From Dehalococcoidia bacterium (lineage in GTDB: Bacteria; Chloroflexota; Dehalococcoidia; Lucifugimonadales; Lucifugimonadaceae), in contig JBDQHW010000011.1 in the NCBI GenBank assembly GCA_040264655.1, forward strand, positions 5,506-69,505: DNA of 64,000 bases. The letters run 5' to 3'. Both the position numbers and the translations under genes were made by a program. The notes under the pieces were generated by a model. The model was not told the origin of the DNA. It saw nothing but the letters and a program-made list of their open reading frames with translations, and ran no database searches. Shown here one piece after another: positions 47,255-57,244 of the stretch. Position 1 is the first letter of the stretch. Every line of letters starts with the position of its first letter.

Positions 47255-48097
47255 CTATTCAGGTTTGTGCGCTTTGATCGAGTGCATGAGCGGAAGAAAA
47301 TCTTCTTTGCCGTCTGGCATCTTCCAAAGACCTTTGTCGCCTTCGACTTTGACCATCATCGGGAACGCTTGCCAGTGGACAACTTTATGTTCGTGGACGA
47401 ACTCAATCTGTAAACCTGCTGATGCGAGGGCAGTAACGGTTTCACCGAGCCCGTGAGGGTAGTTGTATTGCTGGGTGTGTTCCATTTCGCCCGTGCCAGC
47501 GTACGACGTGCTTTCCTCATAGCCTTGCGGCCCCGCCGATTCGAAATAAGGCCAGTCGAGTACGATTTTGTCGCCATGGTCTGTTTCAGAAACTGACCAC
47601 ATCACTGGGTGTCCTTCGAGGATGTAGAAGGTCCCACCGGGCTTTAGAAGCTGTGCAACAATCTGCGCCCATCCGTTGATATCAGGAAGCCAACATATGG
47701 CTCCGACGCCCGTGTAGACGATGTCAAACTGCCGATTGTCGAGAGCCGCCGGGGCATCGAACACTTCAGCTACGACGAATTCACCAGGTGTTCCGGAATT
47801 CTCGACAAGCCTTTTGCAAGCTTCGATTGCTGGTTCTGAGAAGTCGAGACCAGTTACATCTGCTCCCAACCGCGCCCAACTAATTGTGTCGTGGCCGATG
47901 TGACATTGAAGGTGTAGAAGTGATTTGCCCGTTACGTCTCCAAGTTCATCGTTGTCGAGATCGAACTGGACCACTTCGCTGATGTGCTTGGGGTCATCGA
48001 TAAATTTCTGGACCGTGTATTCATCGGAATCCAAATGGATTGGAACTCGGTCGTCCCAATTGTCACGATTCGCTGCGCGATATTTGTCGACAGGCAT
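47255..48097 (-). CDS. Class I SAM-dependent methyltransferase
   Basis: 'N...WD.R...H', 'LLHLQCHIGHDT', 'GLDFS', 'FDIVYTG.GA..WLPD', 'LKPGG'. Start at ATG 48097; the track start lies beyond the upstream terminator edge. Confidence 0.9.
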   Translation of the reverse strand: MPVDKYRAANRDNWDDRVPIHLDSDEYTVQKFIDDPKHISEVVQFDLDNDELGDVTGKSLLHLQCHIGHDTISWARLGADVTGLDFSEPAIEACKRLVENSGTPGEFVVAEVFDAPAALDNRQFDIVYTGVGAICWLPDINGWAQIVAQLLKPGGTFYILEGHPVMWSVSETDHGDKIVLDWPYFESAGPQGYEESTSYAGTGEMEHTQQYNYPHGLGETVTALASAGLQIEFVHEHKVVHWQAFPMMVKVEGDKGLWKMPDGKEDFLPLMHSIKAHKPE

Positions 48098-48176
48098 TTT
48101 GCTGCTCCAACCCTGATCCGTGTGTGTGTGGAGATCATATATGCCACGCCGATTCAGCCACTGACCATTTCTAATC

Positions 48177-48212
48177 AAAAAAGCGTGGCGACCAATTTGA
48201 TCGCCACGCTTT
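48177..48212 (-). terminator. Rho-independent terminator after enolase-superfamily gene
   Basis: AAAGCGTGGCGA...TCGCCACGCTTT with a U-tract on the minus strand. Confidence 0.8.
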
Positions 48213-48236
48213 CCTAAGATCCAACGAGAGGATCGT

Positions 48237-49451
48237 TTACAGCTCGCTATTAATAGTCACGGTCTGCGGGTCATCTAGGAACTTGTCTAGCAAGTTTGTG
48301 CCTGAACCAACACCTTCCGGCGGGAACGCATAGCCGTTTTCGATCTTGGGAAGCTGGTCGACGATGTCCTTGTACCAAGTGTTGTTGTACGCCCGGACTG
48401 TCTCTTGAATGATTGCATTCGGAGCGTTCAGTGAAAGGTGAACACTGAACATAAGGGTGACGGGTCCGACGCAATCGTGCGGAGCGACAGGCATATGGAA
48501 CGCGTGAGCCATTGAGGCGATACGTTTTGCCTCAGATATTCCACCGACCCATGAAATGTCGAGCATGCAGATCGTCATCGCCTGCTTTTCGAACATCTCT
48601 CTGAACGCCCAACGTGTTGCGACTGTCTCACTTGCTGTGGTTGCAACGTCGGTTGACCGCCTGAATTCGGCGAGCGTGTCGATGTTGTCCATTGGTATTG
48701 GGTCTTCGAACCAGAACGGGCTGTGTGGCTCGACTGACTTAGCGATTCGCTTAGCTGCGGAGAGGTTCCACAGACTGTGCATCTCGACCATAACGTCCAT
48801 CTTGTTGCCGACTTTTTCTCGAATCTTCCTGAAAGGTTCAGTTCCTTCCTCGAGATCAGTGGCATGGATGAACTGACCGTTAGATTCAATTGAATATTTG
48901 TCGAACGGCCAGATTTTCATGGCGGTGAAGCCTTCCGACATAAGACTGTCGGCGAGTTCTCCGGCATCTGTCATGAATGCGTGGTAGTCCTCATACGGTT
49001 GCTCAGGACGATAGTCGATCTGGCCTGGTATCCAGCCCTGAGGCGTTTTCACTCCGTATGAGTAACCTGCGCAAGTGTTGTACACCCGGATTTTTTCTCG
49101 GGCGAGTCCTCCAAGAACTTGATACAGCGGTTGGTTGTTGCGTCGGGCGTAAAGATCCCAAAGCGCCATATCGATCGCTGAAAGCGATGAAGCATCAACG
49201 CTTCGTCCACGGTTAACCTTCATACGGCGACCAAGCTCGTCCCAGTGCATATCGAGCTGGTCTGGATCTCGTCCCAATAGGTAATTCGCAATGTCGTTGT
49301 GAATATAGGCTTCGATCGCGTCGGGAGAAAACGATGTTTCTCCGAGACCGACGTAGCCGTCTGAGCTATAGACCTTTGCCCAAACGATCATCGGATATTC
49401 AGGATTTCGTAGAGTTTCGATTCGGTTGATAACCGCAGAGGTTGCCATCAT
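48237..49451 (-). CDS. Mandelate racemase/muconate lactonizing enzyme family (acid-sugar dehydratase-like)
   Basis: 'GLGE', 'SAIDMALWDL', 'KIWPF', metal ligands 'VEMH', 'FEDP', 'ASE', plus 'APHDC'. Confidence 0.92.
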   Translation of the reverse strand: MMATSAVINRIETLRNPEYPMIVWAKVYSSDGYVGLGETSFSPDAIEAYIHNDIANYLLGRDPDQLDMHWDELGRRMKVNRGRSVDASSLSAIDMALWDLYARRNNQPLYQVLGGLAREKIRVYNTCAGYSYGVKTPQGWIPGQIDYRPEQPYEDYHAFMTDAGELADSLMSEGFTAMKIWPFDKYSIESNGQFIHATDLEEGTEPFRKIREKVGNKMDVMVEMHSLWNLSAAKRIAKSVEPHSPFWFEDPIPMDNIDTLAEFRRSTDVATTASETVATRWAFREMFEKQAMTICMLDISWVGGISEAKRIASMAHAFHMPVAPHDCVGPVTLMFSVHLSLNAPNAIIQETVRAYNNTWYKDIVDQLPKIENGYAFPPEGVGSGTNLLDKFLDDPQTVTINSEL

Positions 49452-49600
49452 GATTCTCGTATTGCTAGAAGACTGTTTGTTCGTCTCGGAACGTGATGCG
49501 TTTCGAACAACGCTTTTACGCGTGGAAGGTTAACAAGCTCGATAGCCGTTGTGTGATTACCTAGCGTGATTTTTTTGAATAGTTCAAAATTCAGTACTTC

Positions 49601-50434
49601 ATGTCGTTCGCACAAGTAATAGTCCTCGCCTTTGTGCAGGGCATAACCGAATTCCTGCCGATCAGTAGCAGTGGTCATCTAATCCTTGGCTCGTGGTTGT
49701 TTAACTGGCCTGATCAAGGATTGTTCTTTGACGCGGCTGTGCACGTGGGGACGCTCGTTGCTGTTCTCGTTTATTTCCGCCGCGAGTGGATTCAGCTTCT
49801 AACTGGTATTTCATCCAATCAACTTGTCGAAGTGGACGATTCCGGTGGAGCGATTCGATCGAGAATGCTCGCCATATTGCTAATCGCTGGAACAGTTCCG
49901 TTGATTGTCTTCGGACCGTTCATTAAAGATGCGCTCGAAAGCGACTTTCGAGATCCAACAGCTGTCGGCTGGCTCCTTATTGGTACAGCCCTCGCACTGA
50001 CCGCAGGCGAGTTTTTCAGCAGACGAATGCACAAAAAGGTGTACGGCATCACCGCCATGAAAACACCCCAGGGTTTCACTGTCGGTCTAATTCAAACTCT
50101 CGCCGTGTTCCCTGGGATATCCCGTTCGGGTGTCACGATGATTGCCGGAATGGCACTCGGACTCACCCGGGAATCGGCCGCTCGATTTTCAATGTTGCTT
50201 GCAACACCGGCAATCGCGGGAGCTGGTGTACTGGTTGCGATGGACGCACTAGATTCGACCGAAAACGTCGATCTTGGTGCGGCAGTTCTTGGAGCAATAA
50301 TCTCAGCAGTTACCGCCTACTTCGTAATTGCGGGATTAATGAGACTTCTCCGTAACGGCTCGTTCAAGCCGTTCATCATCTACTGCGGTGTTGTCGGAAT
50401 TGCGGTTGTGATCGCACGAGCCGCCGGGGCGTAG
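49601..50434 (+). CDS. uppP: Undecaprenyl-diphosphatase UppP/BacA
   Basis: 'QGITEFLPISSSGHL', 'PGISRSG.T', 'AARFS.LL'. Confidence 0.95.
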   Translation: MSFAQVIVLAFVQGITEFLPISSSGHLILGSWLFNWPDQGLFFDAAVHVGTLVAVLVYFRREWIQLLTGISSNQLVEVDDSGGAIRSRMLAILLIAGTVPLIVFGPFIKDALESDFRDPTAVGWLLIGTALALTAGEFFSRRMHKKVYGITAMKTPQGFTVGLIQTLAVFPGISRSGVTMIAGMALGLTRESAARFSMLLATPAIAGAGVLVAMDALDSTENVDLGAAVLGAIISAVTAYFVIAGLMRLLRNGSFKPFIIYCGVVGIAVVIARAAGA

Positions 50435-50457
50435 GAAGCCCCGACGATCCCATTCAC

Positions 50458-50943
50458 TTAATCGCTAGGCGTTCGGGCACCCCAAGTCACCTCGCAATTT
50501 TCACATTCCTCCTGCCAGATATGTACGGCTGGAGGCATAGCGACTGCGAATCGCAAACTCATTTCATCACCAACAGTGACTATGTGATGAACAGTGCCCC
50601 GAGGAATCCAGACGATATCGCCTTTTTGGGCATTGATGATTTTTCCGCCTGTTAGCTCCCATCTGAGCTTCCCTGCCATTACGAACCACCACTCATCGAA
50701 ATTGCTGTGCCAGTGTGCGTGGTTACCCTGACCAGGATCGGCGGCAATTAATGTGCCACGATTTCGTTCGTCCTCAATCAATAGTTTTGACCAAGGTGGA
50801 GGTCCCATCTCTTTGACGATCTCATCAATTTCGATGTGCATCATCCCGGGTCCAAAAGTCGCATCAACTCTAGGAGGGATCGGCCCTTCCACAACATCGT
50901 TGATAGCGGCCACGACACCTTCATAATCCGTACCCATGTACAT
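50458..50943 (-). CDS. Cupin domain protein
   Basis: 'HWHSNFDEWWFVMAG', 'GDIVWIPRGTVH'. Confidence 0.88.
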   Translation of the reverse strand: MYMGTDYEGVVAAINDVVEGPIPPRVDATFGPGMMHIEIDEIVKEMGPPPWSKLLIEDERNRGTLIAADPGQGNHAHWHSNFDEWWFVMAGKLRWELTGGKIINAQKGDIVWIPRGTVHHIVTVGDEMSLRFAVAMPPAVHIWQEECENCEVTWGARTPSD

Positions 50944-51081
50944 AACTCCTAAAAACCAGTTCAGAAGCCAAGTCTCAACTTATGAACTGGTTGCTGAATT
51001 TTCGTGATGCGGCTAACGTAGCACGATCACGACAGCAGATCAGCACCCATGTCCGCCACAGCGGATGACGAGAGGAACGCC

Positions 51082-52527
51082 ATGCCTAAGATAATCGGCG
51101 AGATTCGAGACGCCGCTACAGGTGAAGTAGTTCAGGCAAGGGTGCAAGTGCTTGCTCCGACGGGAGCCAATGTTGCCCCCGCCGATGCAATGTGGAAAGT
51201 TGGTTCTGGCGAACCGTTTTTCTACAGCAACGGGCAATTCTCGCTCGAAACCACACGCGGGTATCACCGGGTATTGGTCGAACGTGGGACCGAATTCACC
51301 CCGTGGCAGGGCACTATCGAGGTCGATAGCTCATCCGATTCGACGGTCGATATTCAACTCGAACGCTGGTCAGACTTGCCTGACCGTGGATGGCATCCCG
51401 GCAACACGCATATTCACTACGACGAAAAGGAGACTGATCCGGATCGAAGACTCGGATACGACTCACGTGTCGAAGATCTCCGAATGACAGCAGTTTCAAT
51501 CCTCAAACGCTGGGACCTCGATTACGCCACGAACAAATACCCACCTGGAGTATTGACCGAATACACCGATACTCATCACCACGTTCAAAGTGGTGAGGAA
51601 ACTCGGCACAACCACGACCCTTCCGATCCATTCAAGATCGGGTACGGGCACGTGATGCTGCTCAATATTCGTAACCAGGTTGACCCGATCAGCCGTGGTC
51701 TAATAATTGACCAGTTCGACCCCGACTACCCGCCACTGAGCTACGCCTGTGATCAGGCAAACGACCAAGATGGTCTCGTTATCTGGTGTCACAACGGTCA
51801 GGGTATGGAGGCACCGGTGGCAGCGGCGCTCGGCAAGGTTCATGCCATGAACCTGTTCGACCCCTTCTGGACCGATATCGAATATCTCTACTGGTATCAC
51901 ATGCTAAATACCGGAATAAAAATGCCGGTATCGACTGGGTCAGACTGGTTCGTAAGCTCCGCTAATCGTGTCTATTCACAGACGAACGGCGGATTCGAAT
52001 ATGACTCTTGGCTGGAGGGGATTAGAACAGGCAAGACGTTCATAACGAATGGTCCCGCACTATTCCTCTCTGTCGCAGGAGAAGAACCTGGTGAAACCCT
52101 CCAAGTTGAAAAGGGCACCCGTGTTCCAGTTCACGCAAATTGGAGTTCGCATCACACCGTAGAACGAGTAGAAATCGTGCAGAACGGTAAGGTCATCGCA
52201 CGACGTGACTTCCCTGAAGGCGTTACTACCGGGCACATCGAAACAGAGGTCGTAATCGAGGCTGACGGTTGGATCGGTGCTCGGCTCGGCTCAGGTTCTC
52301 GTGACTCGTTCAACCAGCCGATATGGGCTCACACGAGTCCTGTGTACGTTCGAGGAACTGGCGAACCGTCCGAAGCAAGCATCGAATCTGCCAAGTTTTA
52401 TACGAATCAAATCGGTGAAGGCATCAACTGGGTGAAGACTAAAGGTCGCTTTTACAACGATGCACAGCGTAAAGAAGTGGTTGATCTGTTCAAGCAAGGG
52501 CAGGATTGGTACCGCAATCTGACTTGA
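51082..52527 (+). CDS. CehA/McbA family metallohydrolase (PHP-like)
   Basis: 'GW..GNTHIH', 'GEE', 'GH', 'WCH', 'WY..LN.G', 'GSD', 'G.TF.TNGP', 'AHTSPVYV'. Start after a GAGG SD; the track gives 51049. Confidence 0.85.
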   Translation: MPKIIGEIRDAATGEVVQARVQVLAPTGANVAPADAMWKVGSGEPFFYSNGQFSLETTRGYHRVLVERGTEFTPWQGTIEVDSSSDSTVDIQLERWSDLPDRGWHPGNTHIHYDEKETDPDRRLGYDSRVEDLRMTAVSILKRWDLDYATNKYPPGVLTEYTDTHHHVQSGEETRHNHDPSDPFKIGYGHVMLLNIRNQVDPISRGLIIDQFDPDYPPLSYACDQANDQDGLVIWCHNGQGMEAPVAAALGKVHAMNLFDPFWTDIEYLYWYHMLNTGIKMPVSTGSDWFVSSANRVYSQTNGGFEYDSWLEGIRTGKTFITNGPALFLSVAGEEPGETLQVEKGTRVPVHANWSSHHTVERVEIVQNGKVIARRDFPEGVTTGHIETEVVIEADGWIGARLGSGSRDSFNQPIWAHTSPVYVRGTGEPSEASIESAKFYTNQIGEGINWVKTKGRFYNDAQRKEVVDLFKQGQDWYRNLT

Positions 52528-52634
52528 TAGTTAGGTACGTACAACCAGCTAACCGAACCAGCGGGTAAACTCGCTCGGGTCGGAATTACTTCCACGACGT
52601 TCAACCCTCACAAGTACGAATACACAACGTAAAC

Positions 52635-53327
52635 ATGTCAGTCGAAAATCTATTTGATCACTACTACGAACGGGCGACCATCCCAATTCGTAACACTAGG
52701 TTTGACCGCAAACAGCGCGGTTCATATGACATTCGACACGTCGAGGAAGATGACGAATTTCGGAATCTGAATCACAAAATTGTTCTGAAAGATGGCGTCG
52801 CATCCAGCATGTGGCGCGAGCAAGACTGGGGACTCGGCGAGAATTCGATCGACGTCACTCATTTTGAAAATGGTGTCGTGAAGCAACTCAGTATTCGCCA
52901 CAGCGGTGACGCTGTTACTGGTCTGAAGATAAGTTTGAGCCGGGGTGATTGGTTGATCCCGGATCCTGACCTGCGACTTCCTTACATATTTGGCAGAGCA
53001 GATATGGAAACGTGGTACAAGGCCAGCAACGAAAAGATGGATCTCAAGCGCGTTCGCTTAGCTTGGGACTATGAAGAGAAGCACACCTATTCCGTTCGAG
53101 ACGTCGGAGTCGACAAAGAACGTGGCGAGCACCTGTACAAAGGCGTTGAGTACCGTATTGAACTCGACGACGAAATCCGCCTGACCATCGATGAAAAGTC
53201 GTCTCGCAAGGTCAACTGGCGTACCGAGATGTCAGGCGATGAAATTCGAACCCTATTCGAGTACGCCAACGACGAATCTTGGATAAACGGATGGGAACCA
53301 GTCGCCGAGATTCTCGAAGTCAGGTAG
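52635..53327 (+). CDS. Hypothetical protein
   Basis: 230 aa ATG-initiated ORF filling the gap between convergent neighbours. No family recognised. Confidence 0.7.
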   Translation: MSVENLFDHYYERATIPIRNTRFDRKQRGSYDIRHVEEDDEFRNLNHKIVLKDGVASSMWREQDWGLGENSIDVTHFENGVVKQLSIRHSGDAVTGLKISLSRGDWLIPDPDLRLPYIFGRADMETWYKASNEKMDLKRVRLAWDYEEKHTYSVRDVGVDKERGEHLYKGVEYRIELDDEIRLTIDEKSSRKVNWRTEMSGDEIRTLFEYANDESWINGWEPVAEILEVR

Positions 53328-53344
53328 TTAGTAGCCCCGAACGG

Positions 53345-54880
53345 TTAGTCGTGGACGTATTTCGCGTCGAGATCGAGCGGGTAAAGAGAGTCTCGCACTC
53401 GTTTGTATTCGAAGGTCGACATATCTGCTGAAGTTGCACCAGGTGTATTCACCGTGACCATCTCGCTTGCAATTGGCTGATATGCGGGACGTGGAGACAC
53501 AACACCTTTCGCCACGACAATGTCGAATTCGTCAGGTCTGTAGCCCAACGAATAGAACTGCTCTCGACTCATATTGCCGACCCGACTCGTCACCAATGCA
53601 ACCGTCGGTCCCTCATTCGATTCGATCACCACTGTTGGACCTGCGTCAAAGAACCGCCAGCCTGCGTGGACAGTGCCAGTATCTTCGAATCGACCGTCGG
53701 ACATTCGCGTAACTCTTCCGGTTAGTTTCACTGGCTCGCCGTGAAGTGAGTCTGTTTTTCCGCCCACGGCTACGGTTACAGTCGAACCAATCCCAGCATC
53801 CATGCAGACTTCAATCGCCTCGGTATCCCGAACGGTTTGAAGCCATGACGATGCCCCCTGTTTCACGGCTTCAGCGAGTAAGAATGTGCTGTCACCCGCA
53901 CTTCCTGCACCGATGTTGTCGCCGACATCCAGCAGCACAATAGGCCCGGAGTCATCAGATTTCTGTGCCGACCGTTTCATCGCATACTCAACAGCTTCTG
54001 AGGGTGATGGGCCGACAGGCTCGTACAACTCCTTACGATTTGACCAAGCCCTATCCGCAATCCAGCGTGCAGCTTTCTTTGCTTCATCCACTGAGTAATC
54101 GTGAAGAACGTAGCAAGCTAGTCCGTTTTCGTAGACGTCAGACCACGGATAGCCTTCTCCAATCGACCCGCCGACGATATTGGACTGAGCCAACACTGTC
54201 TCGAGATCGTCCAGTACCGCCTTCATCGGCATGTCTCTGGTGTCGTGCTGAAAGATCCCGACGACCATCGGCGGCTGTTCGAGCCATTTGGCTGGACGCC
54301 AGTTTTCAGTTGCCATCCGAACGACAAGGTCACATGCATCGTGAGCACGCGGCACGGCGTCGGTGTGAGGATTGGTCTTGTATATAACTAGGGCATCAGT
54401 TTCGTCGGCCATCTGCTGCGAGACGTTGGCGTGGAGGTCCAGGGTCATCGCAACCGGAACGTCAGGACCGACTATCTCTCGAACTCGTCTGGCAAGCTCG
54501 CCGTCCATATCTGGATATTCTTCAGAGACAGCGGCTCCCATTTGATTCATCAATACGCCATCAAATGGTCCCTGATCACGGAGCATATCCAACGCCTCTC
54601 CACCGATCGTATCGAAAACCTCTTTACTGATTGTCCCGGCTGGATCAGTCGCAGCAAATATCAACGGCACCAGTTCGAAATCGAGTCGCTTCGACGCCTG
54701 AATGAATCCCGCCATCGACGTTTGGGAGAGTTCGTGCATGTCGTAATACTGCTGCCCACGTTGAACGGCGTATGTTTGGAGACCGGATCGTTGGAACTCC
54801 GCCATCGTAGTTTTGTTGCTGGCGAACGTGTTGGTCTCGTGGTGAATTCCGAGCGTTGCAATGCGAAGTCTTTTGGTCAT
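53345..54880 (-). CDS. M81 family metallopeptidase (MlrC-like)
   Basis: 'HETNTF', 'GA...E..D.DG', 'LDLHAN', 'Y.TNPHTD', 'D.GDN.GAG..GD.T'. Confidence 0.9.
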   Translation of the reverse strand: MTKRLRIATLGIHHETNTFASNKTTMAEFQRSGLQTYAVQRGQQYYDMHELSQTSMAGFIQASKRLDFELVPLIFAATDPAGTISKEVFDTIGGEALDMLRDQGPFDGVLMNQMGAAVSEEYPDMDGELARRVREIVGPDVPVAMTLDLHANVSQQMADETDALVIYKTNPHTDAVPRAHDACDLVVRMATENWRPAKWLEQPPMVVGIFQHDTRDMPMKAVLDDLETVLAQSNIVGGSIGEGYPWSDVYENGLACYVLHDYSVDEAKKAARWIADRAWSNRKELYEPVGPSPSEAVEYAMKRSAQKSDDSGPIVLLDVGDNIGAGSAGDSTFLLAEAVKQGASSWLQTVRDTEAIEVCMDAGIGSTVTVAVGGKTDSLHGEPVKLTGRVTRMSDGRFEDTGTVHAGWRFFDAGPTVVIESNEGPTVALVTSRVGNMSREQFYSLGYRPDEFDIVVAKGVVSPRPAYQPIASEMVTVNTPGATSADMSTFEYKRVRDSLYPLDLDAKYVHD

Positions 54881-54950
54881 TCGATTCCTGAGGTGTGCTA
54901 GTGATGTGGGCGGATTATGGGCGCGCCGTGATCAGAGGGCAACCAGAAAC

Positions 54951-54985
54951 AAAAACGGCTGAGCCAACAATTGACCCAGCCGTTT
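54951..54985 (-). terminator. Rho-independent terminator after dehydrogenase trio
   Basis: AAACGGCTG...CAGCCGTTT imperfect stem with a U-run on the minus strand. Confidence 0.7.
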
Positions 54986-55006
54986 CCAAATTTCTAGAGT
55001 TGAGCC

Positions 55007-56047
55007 TTAATCACCATGACCGGTGACTTGGCCAGCTGACCCCGGCATTCGACTCTTTTCATCAAGCTTCGCAGCAACTTCAGGGTTCTGTCCTGCACTC
55101 GGCCATTCGCCACGAAGTACAGCTGCCACCTGTTGAGATGCGCGCTGACGCGCCAACCATGCTGACCGAGTCGATGCACCGGCTAGGTGAGGCGCAGTGA
55201 TTACGTTGTTCATTTGCAATAGCGGGTTGCTTGGATCGACCGGCTCTTGCTCGAATACGTCTAGGCCAGCTCCACGAATTCGGCCTTGTTCTAGTGCTTC
55301 AATCAACGCTGGTTCGTCGTTCACAGAACCGCGACAAACGTTGATGTAGTAAGCAGATTCCTTCATGAGATCGAACTGCTCTTTGCCGATCATGTGGAAT
55401 GTTTCGGCGTTGAGCGGAACCACTACTACGACGTAGTCGGATCGTTCGAATATGTCATTGAGCTCAAATACCTGCTCAACCCCGTACTCGGTGATGATCC
55501 ACGGCTCGATATATGGATCGTAGACAAGGGTGTCCATTCGCCATCCCAGACCGAGCTTGCGGGCAACTTGCCGACCAATGTTGCCGAATCCAATGATTCC
55601 TAGCGTTTGTTCGTCGATTGGGTCGATAGGACCCAGTTCAGCCGAACTCCAACGTCCTTCTCGCAATTGGAGGGTGGACTGTACCGTGTGGCGGTTGAGT
55701 GCGAGCGTCATGGTGACAGCTTGGTTCGAAACTTCTTCAGCACACATACCTGCACCGTTGGTGACGATGATGCCCATGTCTGTCGCTGTATCAACATCAA
55801 TATGGTTGAACCCGTGCGAGTAGACCGCGAGAACTTTCGCAGCGTCGGCAGCACGAATTACCTGCTCCGTGCCCCAGCCACCTCGCATCATGATTGCGTC
55901 AGCGCCTCGAACTGCTTCGATCGCTTCACCCTCTGACTGAGGTGCTTCCTGAACGAACTCCACATCGAGACCGGCCATTTCGGCTCGTTCGTGATGCAGT
56001 GGATCGTCGGTTGTTGGTCCGAGTACTACGACTCGTTGCTTTGCCAT
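55007..56047 (-). CDS. D-isomer-specific 2-hydroxyacid dehydrogenase (CtBP/SerA-like)
   Basis: 'GFGNIG', 'NVCRG', 'DVFEQEP', 'PHLAG'. Confidence 0.92.
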   Translation of the reverse strand: MAKQRVVVLGPTTDDPLHHERAEMAGLDVEFVQEAPQSEGEAIEAVRGADAIMMRGGWGTEQVIRAADAAKVLAVYSHGFNHIDVDTATDMGIIVTNGAGMCAEEVSNQAVTMTLALNRHTVQSTLQLREGRWSSAELGPIDPIDEQTLGIIGFGNIGRQVARKLGLGWRMDTLVYDPYIEPWIITEYGVEQVFELNDIFERSDYVVVVVPLNAETFHMIGKEQFDLMKESAYYINVCRGSVNDEPALIEALEQGRIRGAGLDVFEQEPVDPSNPLLQMNNVITAPHLAGASTRSAWLARQRASQQVAAVLRGEWPSAGQNPEVAAKLDEKSRMPGSAGQVTGHGD

Positions 56048-56124
56048 TTTTCGTTACTCCAAATGAAATAAATAGAGAATTGAAGCTGAGTCACTCGACA
56101 TCAGCCTCATTAAGACTTTTCGAA

Positions 56125-57198
56125 CTATTTGCCTTGTTCAGCGAGCATTACTTCCCAGCTAACTGCCCAGTTGCGGGGCTCGACAGTGCTGCGAACGTCT
56201 GGGTTGATTAGCGACATTGGCCAGTAGTCTAGAGCTACCCGCATTGCCTCTTCACCAAGCTGAGTATTGGCCCGATTCCACGCAACTTCGCTATATGACG
56301 CGTAGTGGTTGGTTACAGATACGTTGTCCATCTTGAGTAACGGGTTGTTCGGGTCGACCGGCTCTTGCTCAAACACGTCGAGTCCTGCACCGGCGATTTT
56401 GCCCTGCTGAAGAGCTTCGATCAATGCTTTCTCGTCTACGACAGGACCCCGTGAACAGTTGATCAGATAAGCGGTTGGCTTCATTAGATCGAAGAACTCG
56501 GCTCCAACCATGTGCTTGGTCTTTGGAGTTAGGTAGGTGTGAGGCGATACGTAGTCAGACCGTCTCGCAATTTCCTGAGGAGTACCGACCATCTCGACAC
56601 CGTATTCCTTCGCATCCCACGAAGAAACGAACGGATCGTAACCGATTACCTTCATGCCGAATGCCTGTGCTTTACGAGCTACAGTTCGTCCGATGTCACC
56701 AAGTCCGATTATTCCGAACGTCTGGCCAGAAATGTGACCCATCGGTGCCAGATGCTCGCGGGTCCACGTTCCGCCCTTGACGAGCTTGTCGTGGAGAACA
56801 AATTTCCGTGAGCAGACCAGGAAGTGCATCATCGTTTGGTTGCTGACTTCTTCGGTACCAAATGACGCTGTGTTTGCGAGGATGACACCGTTTTCAACAG
56901 CTGCTCCGAGGTCCATACCGTCGTAGCCGTGCCCGAACGAAACGAGCCCTTTGCAGCGACCATTGTTCCCCATGTGAACAAATAGTTCAGGTGAAATGCC
57001 GTGACCGGCTGCCATCGCTACATCGGCATCTTTGAGAGCTTCGATTAGCTCCCCGTCACTGTCACCATCGTAAACAACGAATTCGGCACCCATGTCGGTC
57101 ACCGCTTTGCTCTGGTGCGGGAAATCTGCTGCGGTACCGTTTCGTAGGTTCTTAGGGCCTAGAAATAAAACTCGAATGTCTTTTGCGTCTGCGCTCAT
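56125..57198 (-). CDS. D-isomer-specific 2-hydroxyacid dehydrogenase (CtBP-like)
   Basis: 'GLGDIG', 'NCSRG', 'DVFEQEP', 'NHYAS'. Confidence 0.92.
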   Translation of the reverse strand: MSADAKDIRVLFLGPKNLRNGTAADFPHQSKAVTDMGAEFVVYDGDSDGELIEALKDADVAMAAGHGISPELFVHMGNNGRCKGLVSFGHGYDGMDLGAAVENGVILANTASFGTEEVSNQTMMHFLVCSRKFVLHDKLVKGGTWTREHLAPMGHISGQTFGIIGLGDIGRTVARKAQAFGMKVIGYDPFVSSWDAKEYGVEMVGTPQEIARRSDYVSPHTYLTPKTKHMVGAEFFDLMKPTAYLINCSRGPVVDEKALIEALQQGKIAGAGLDVFEQEPVDPNNPLLKMDNVSVTNHYASYSEVAWNRANTQLGEEAMRVALDYWPMSLINPDVRSTVEPRNWAVSWEVMLAEQGK

Positions 57199-57244
57199 AA
57201 GTCTCTTTGGTTCTCTTTAGATGGATGAAATTGGGACAGTTTTA

